Assembly (NCBI RefSeq): GCF_000014265.1
Contig: NC_008312.1
Span: forward strand, 3,840,001 to 3,872,000
Origin: Trichodesmium erythraeum IMS101
Lineage (GTDB): Bacteria > Cyanobacteriota > Cyanobacteriia > Cyanobacteriales > Microcoleaceae
Direction: 5' to 3'
Length of the DNA stretch: 32,000 nucleotides
Below, one piece after another: positions 28,456-32,000 of the stretch (position 1 is the first letter of the stretch; the number at the start of each line of letters is the position of its first letter). The position numbers were made by a program, and so were the translations under genes. The notes under the pieces were generated by a model, which saw only the letters and a list, made by a program, of their open reading frames with translations, searched no databases and was not told where the DNA came from.

Positions 28456-28985
28456 AGGAAGAAAAATATCTGAGTATAGTTTTTATAGTGCTTCTCAAAT
28501 TTAGGTTGTGGAGTCTGTATTTAACTGAGATATAAGGTTGATAATTTCCGAGCCAAACTTATTACTATTTAAACCTATATTTTACACTATAAATGTAGCA
28601 TGAAAATATAATTCAAAAGTCATGCATTCAAGGCACCCTCTTGATCTTCTCCACACCCCCATGGGGTAAGTTACCTCAATTTGAAAAAAATTATAGTGGT
28701 CAATAGGATTTAAGGATTCACTAAGTATTTGTACTTAATATATTCCTAAAAACTTTACTCCTGATCAAGGTAAATGAAAATAATTTTTATAGTATAAATA
28801 TTTAACCAAGTTACAGATTTTATACTGATTTTTATGTTACAAATTGAGTTGCAGAATGTGAGTTTCAAAATTGAAAACTCCAGAGTTTTAGTTAGGGATA
28901 CTGGCTCTAGACCACTATGAGTCAGAGAATTCCTGAGCACTCAACTTCATTTTCTGAAGCTCAAAAAAAACTGCGGTATTTTGCC

Positions 28986-29014
28986 TTGCATTCACACAAA
29001 AATTTTGATATCAT
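28986..29014 (+). promoter_or_regulatory. Promoter-like element in repeat unit 1 (TTGCAT-N17-TGaTATCAT)
   Basis: -35-like TTGCAT at 28986-28991, a 17-nt spacer, and an extended -10 TG-a-TATCAT at 29006-29014. Motif match only. Confidence 0.3.
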
Positions 29015-29286
29015 AAAATTACAGTGGAGTAATTCGGGCATTTGCATGATTTTTTCTTCAACCCACTTTTAAGCAACTTAAGAGATATTACTAAAAAACT
29101 TACTAAAAAACTTACTAAAAAAATAGAATAGGTGCAAAAGCCGAACTAACCTGGGTATTGCCAATTAAGAACTTCTGTGGATATATAGGTAATAAGTGAT
29201 AAATCATGATTCAATTATGAGTCAGAGAATTCCTAAGCACTCAACTTCATTTTCTGAAGCTCAAAAAAAAACCGCGGCATTTTCCC

Positions 29287-29315
29287 TTGCATTCACACAA
29301 AAATTTTGATATCAT
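29287..29315 (+). promoter_or_regulatory. Promoter-like element in repeat unit 2
   Basis: Same TTGCAT-N17-TGaTATCAT motif, conserved exactly. Confidence 0.3.
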
Positions 29316-29576
29316 AAAATTAGAGTGGAGTAACTCGGGCATTTGCATGATTTTTTCTTCAACCCACTTTTAAGCAACTTAAGAGATATTACTAAAAAAC
29401 TTACTAAAAAAATAGAATAGGTGCAAAAACCGAACTAACCTGGGTATTGCCAATTAAGAACTTCTGAATGGCTATATAGGTAATAAGTGATAAATCATGA
29501 TTCAATTATGAGTCAGAGAATTCCTGAGCACTCACCTTCATTTTCTGAAGCTTAAAAAAAACCGCGGCATTTTCCC

Positions 29577-29605
29577 TTGCATTCACACAAAAATTTTGAT
29601 ATCAT
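29577..29605 (+). promoter_or_regulatory. Promoter-like element in repeat unit 3
   Basis: Same TTGCAT-N17-TGaTATCAT motif, conserved exactly. Confidence 0.3.
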
Positions 29606-29799
29606 AAAATTAGAGTGGAGTAACTCGGGCATTTGCATGATTTTTTCTTCAACCCACTTTTAAGCAACTTAAGAGATATTACTAAAAAACTTACTAAAAA
29701 AATAGAATAGGTGCAAAAACCGAACTAACCTGGGTATTGCCAATTAAGAACTTCTGAATGGCTATATAGGTAATAAGTGATAAATCATGATTCAATTAT

Positions 29800-31175
29800 C
29801 GGGACTTTAGTGAAAAAATAGTAAAAAAAAGGGTATAATGTATACCTGATATGTATTTTACGTTAATTACTGGCCTGGGAAAAGTTTGATGAAAGAAACA
29901 ACTTCAGTGGCCATGCCCTCTTGTTTCCATCGATGGTGCGATCGCTTTAACAATGTCTTTAAAACAAAAGCCCAAAAAACAGGGTTTAGGGAATATATAG
30001 GAGGATTACTCTTGAGAAAGCGATCGAAAAAACTTGTCTCAAATTGCCAACAACACTGTAGGTCACACGTACCACAAATTACGGCATTTTCTAGTTCGAG
30101 CAAATTGGTCTGTAGATGCTGTGAATGAGCGTCGTCTTCAAGTAATGTGGGAACGTCGCCAAACAAAACCTTCTCGATCCTATTGCTTTAATTATAGACG
30201 ATTCAGGCCACAGAAAAAGTGGTAATTTTACTGCAGGAGTAGGGCGGCAATATATAGGAGAAATAGGAAAAACAGATAATGGTGTAGTCGTGGTGACAAC
30301 TCATCTTTATGATGGAGTTAAAAGTCTACCTTTAGACATAGCTTTGTATCAGAAAGCTGATTCTTTTCCAAAAGGAAAAAAAGACCCAGAATTTGTCAAG
30401 AAACCAGACGAGTGCAATGTCTCTAGTAGATCAATGTTTGTCCAGAGGACACCAACCAGAAATTGTGTTAATTGAAATTTGGCTATGGTAACAATACATC
30501 ATTCTTAAATCAACTAGAGAAAAGAAGTTTAACTTATATAGGAGGATTAGCTAAAAATCGAAAAGTCATCATTAAAAAACAAGATGACATTAAAGAGGAA
30601 ATTAGATTAGACAAGCTGGCAGAAAGTATACCTCAGAAAGCTTTCAACTTAGTTCAACTAAGTACAAAAAATGCTAGAGAAGTTTGGGTAGCTACATTAG
30701 AAGTAGAAATATCTAGGATGTCAGGTCAAAAAACTATAGCTATCGTTATGAATGCTAAAAGTTTTTCTGAGGCCACTGATATTAACTATTATATCACTAA
30801 TAGAGAAGACAAATATGTAACTCCTGAGTGGATATATTCTACTTATTCTCAAAGAAATTGGGTGGAAGTTTTCTACAGGGAAGCCAAAGGATGGTTAGGA
30901 TTAAGAGAATATCAAGTCAGAGATAAAATCAGCCTTAAAAGGCATTTTATTTTAGTATTTTGTGCTTATACATTTATTATCTGGCATCAGTTAACAGGAG
31001 GTATAAGAAGGCGTTGGGCTAACAAACCATTAAATACGTTTACTGATACTTTAGAAGCATTTCGTACCGCAATATCTTATCGTTTTGTTGAGTGGTTAGA
31101 TGAAAACATCGACGTATTTACCGCTCATAAAGAGAGTTTAGGGTTTGTTTGGGCTTGAAATTTGCTAAAGTCCCG
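29800..31175 (+). mobile_element. IS701-family-like insertion sequence (1376 bp) with a decayed transposase
   Basis: Terminal inverted repeats CGGGACTTTAG at 29800-29810 and, reverse-complemented, at 31165-31175. Flanking 4-bp direct repeat TTAT at 29796-29799 and 31176-31179. Removing the element and one TTAT restores the normal unit junction caattatgagtc. Confidence 0.85.
29886..31158 (+). pseudogene. IS701-like DDE transposase, disrupted by at least three to four frameshifts
   Basis: The reading continues across four frames: ...FREYIGGLL / SQIANNTVGHTYHKLRHFLVRANWSVDAVNERRLQVM / ALIIDDSGHRKSGNFTAGVGRQYIGEIGKTDNGVVVVTTHLYDG / SLVDQCLSRGHQPEIVLI / GYGNNTSFLNQLEKRSLTYIGGLAKNRKV...NWVEVFYREAKGWLGLREYQVR. 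These motifs are typical of IS701/IS4-like DDE enzymes. Confidence 0.8.
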
Positions 31176-31423
31176 TTATGAGTCAGAGAATTCCTGAGCA
31201 CTCACCTTCATTTTCTGAAGCTCAAAAAAAACCGCGGCATTTTCCCTTGCATTCACACAAAAATTTTGATATCATAAAATTAGAGTGGAGTAACTCGGGC
31301 GTTTGTATGATTTTTTCTTCAACCCACTTTTAAGCAACTTAAGAGATATTACTAAAAAACTTACTAAAAAAATAGAATAGGTGCAAAAACCGAACTAACC
31401 TGGGTATTGCCAATTAAGAACTT
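31176..31423. repeat. Fourth unit of the ~290-bp tandem repeat, 3'-truncated
   Basis: It resumes with ttatgagtcagagaattcctgagc right after the IS. It matches units 2/3 up to ccaattaagaactt, then diverges at 31424. Confidence 0.9.
31247..31275 (+). promoter_or_regulatory. Promoter-like element in repeat unit 4
   Basis: Same TTGCAT-N17-TGaTATCAT motif. Confidence 0.3.
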
Positions 31424-32000
31424 TAGATTGTTATTATCAAACTTTATCTACTTGGATAGATAAATTTTTAGAAGGAGGATTAAAGAATTTAGTAGAAACA
31501 ATCATTCACCAAATATCATCAAGATTAAATATAGAGCAGAAACAGGAATTAAAAACAATGATACTGAAAGAATTACCCAGAGATTATGGGGTAGATATAA
31601 ACAAATGGAGCTGGTAAAATTATTAGTAATGTTATTGAATTAAGATGGGTAGTAAAACTGAAAACAACAAGAATATATGAAATTTTAAATTAATTAAATT
31701 TATCAGCTCAAAAAGCCCATAGGAATTATGCTAAATTTATTTTAAGTCTAAAAAAATTGGCATCTAAAAAAGAGAAGGAAAAAATAGTATTTTTTGATGA
31801 ATTTGCTGTTTATGAGCGCCCAAGCATTTTTTACGGATGGGCAAAAAAAAATACAGGTCCTGAAGTAACCAGTAATGAGAAGAGAGGTAGAAATAAATTG
31901 AATGGAATGATTTCAGTTAATGCCTTTACAGCTCAAGAGTATTTAAAATTAAAATAAAAATCTAAAATAGAGGAAGTTTCGGATTACTTTTTACAATGAG
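31424..32000 (+). mobile_element. IS630/Tc1-mariner-like transposase remnant (degraded; runs to the window edge)
   Basis: Translated fragments lie in shifting frames with stops: TWIDKFLEGGLKNLVE, IEQKQELKTMILKELPRDYGVDINKWS, RIYEILN.LNLSAQKAHRNYAK and IVFFDEFAVYERPSIFYGWAKKNTGPEV. They follow the usual order of IS630 HTH and DDE motifs. Confidence 0.65.

Larger units (their letters stand above)
28915..29799. repeat. Non-coding tandem array, three complete units (300, 291 and 290 bp) of a ~290-bp repeat
   Basis: Units start with atgagtcagagaattcct at 28917, 29217 and 29508. Units 2 and 3 differ at only a few positions. Unit 1 carries an extra 12-nt cttactaaaaaa copy and several substitutions. 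Confidence 0.95.

Noticed and set aside
28848-28878. Single CRISPR-repeat-like sequence GTTGCAGAATGTGAGTTTCAAAATTGAAAAC (GTTGCA...ATTGAAAAC ends, internal stem)
   Set aside because: Only one copy is in the window, it is shorter than typical cyanobacterial repeats, and it has no adjacent spacers. This may be chance resemblance or at best an orphan degenerate repeat.
28917-29072. 51-codon ORF (MSQRIPEHSTSFSEAQKKLRYFALHSHKNFDIIKLQWSNSGICMIFSSTHF) starting each tandem unit
   Set aside because: The frame is not preserved between units. An A8 versus A9 indel shifts unit 2, and unit 3 has GCT TAA in frame.
28915-31423. CRISPR array
   Set aside because: The units are about 290 bp and directly abutting. 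They lack the 25-40-nt repeat / unique spacer alternation of CRISPR, and there are no cas genes in the window.

Overview
This is an AT-rich cyanobacterial chromosomal segment. The assignment rests on many HIP1 octamers (GCGATCGC, e.g. near 144, 2244, 4286, 10423, 10615, 14789, 20306, 20489, 20966, 23021, 24085, 27582, 29937), an STRR-like heptamer array, a PlmA-like GntR regulator and an S1-domain protein. A filamentous, Nostocales-like origin is only an inference. All homology calls come from motifs I recognise by eye; no searches were run.

Layout:
- Housekeeping genes at 1-4.6 kb: metH (partial), aroH, sppA and an EamA transporter.
- An accessory island at 4.8-14.8 kb. It holds two large paralogous NACHT (STAND) NTPases, each ending in 15 near-identical 34-aa HEAT-like repeats, flanking an Rpn/PD-(D/E)XK nuclease gene.
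- A strongly G-depleted, ORF-free 1 kb tract.
- A GGDEF-EAL gene, then 1.5 kb with no listed ORF apart from two short dubious ones that I reject.
- A run of ordinary genes: a secreted glycine-zipper protein, a BadF/NagK-like ATPase, an S1 protein, a dienelactone hydrolase, a GntR/PlmA-like regulator and a 651-aa repeat protein.
- At 28.9-32 kb, a non-coding tandem array of about 290-300 bp units. A decayed IS701-like element with a TTAT target duplication interrupts it, and an IS630-like remnant truncates it.

The two most interesting items are the NLR-like pair, whose repeats are highly conserved except at a few hypervariable codons and whose N-terminal modules are swapped or diverged, and the promoter-bearing tandem array, which may encode a multicopy small RNA.
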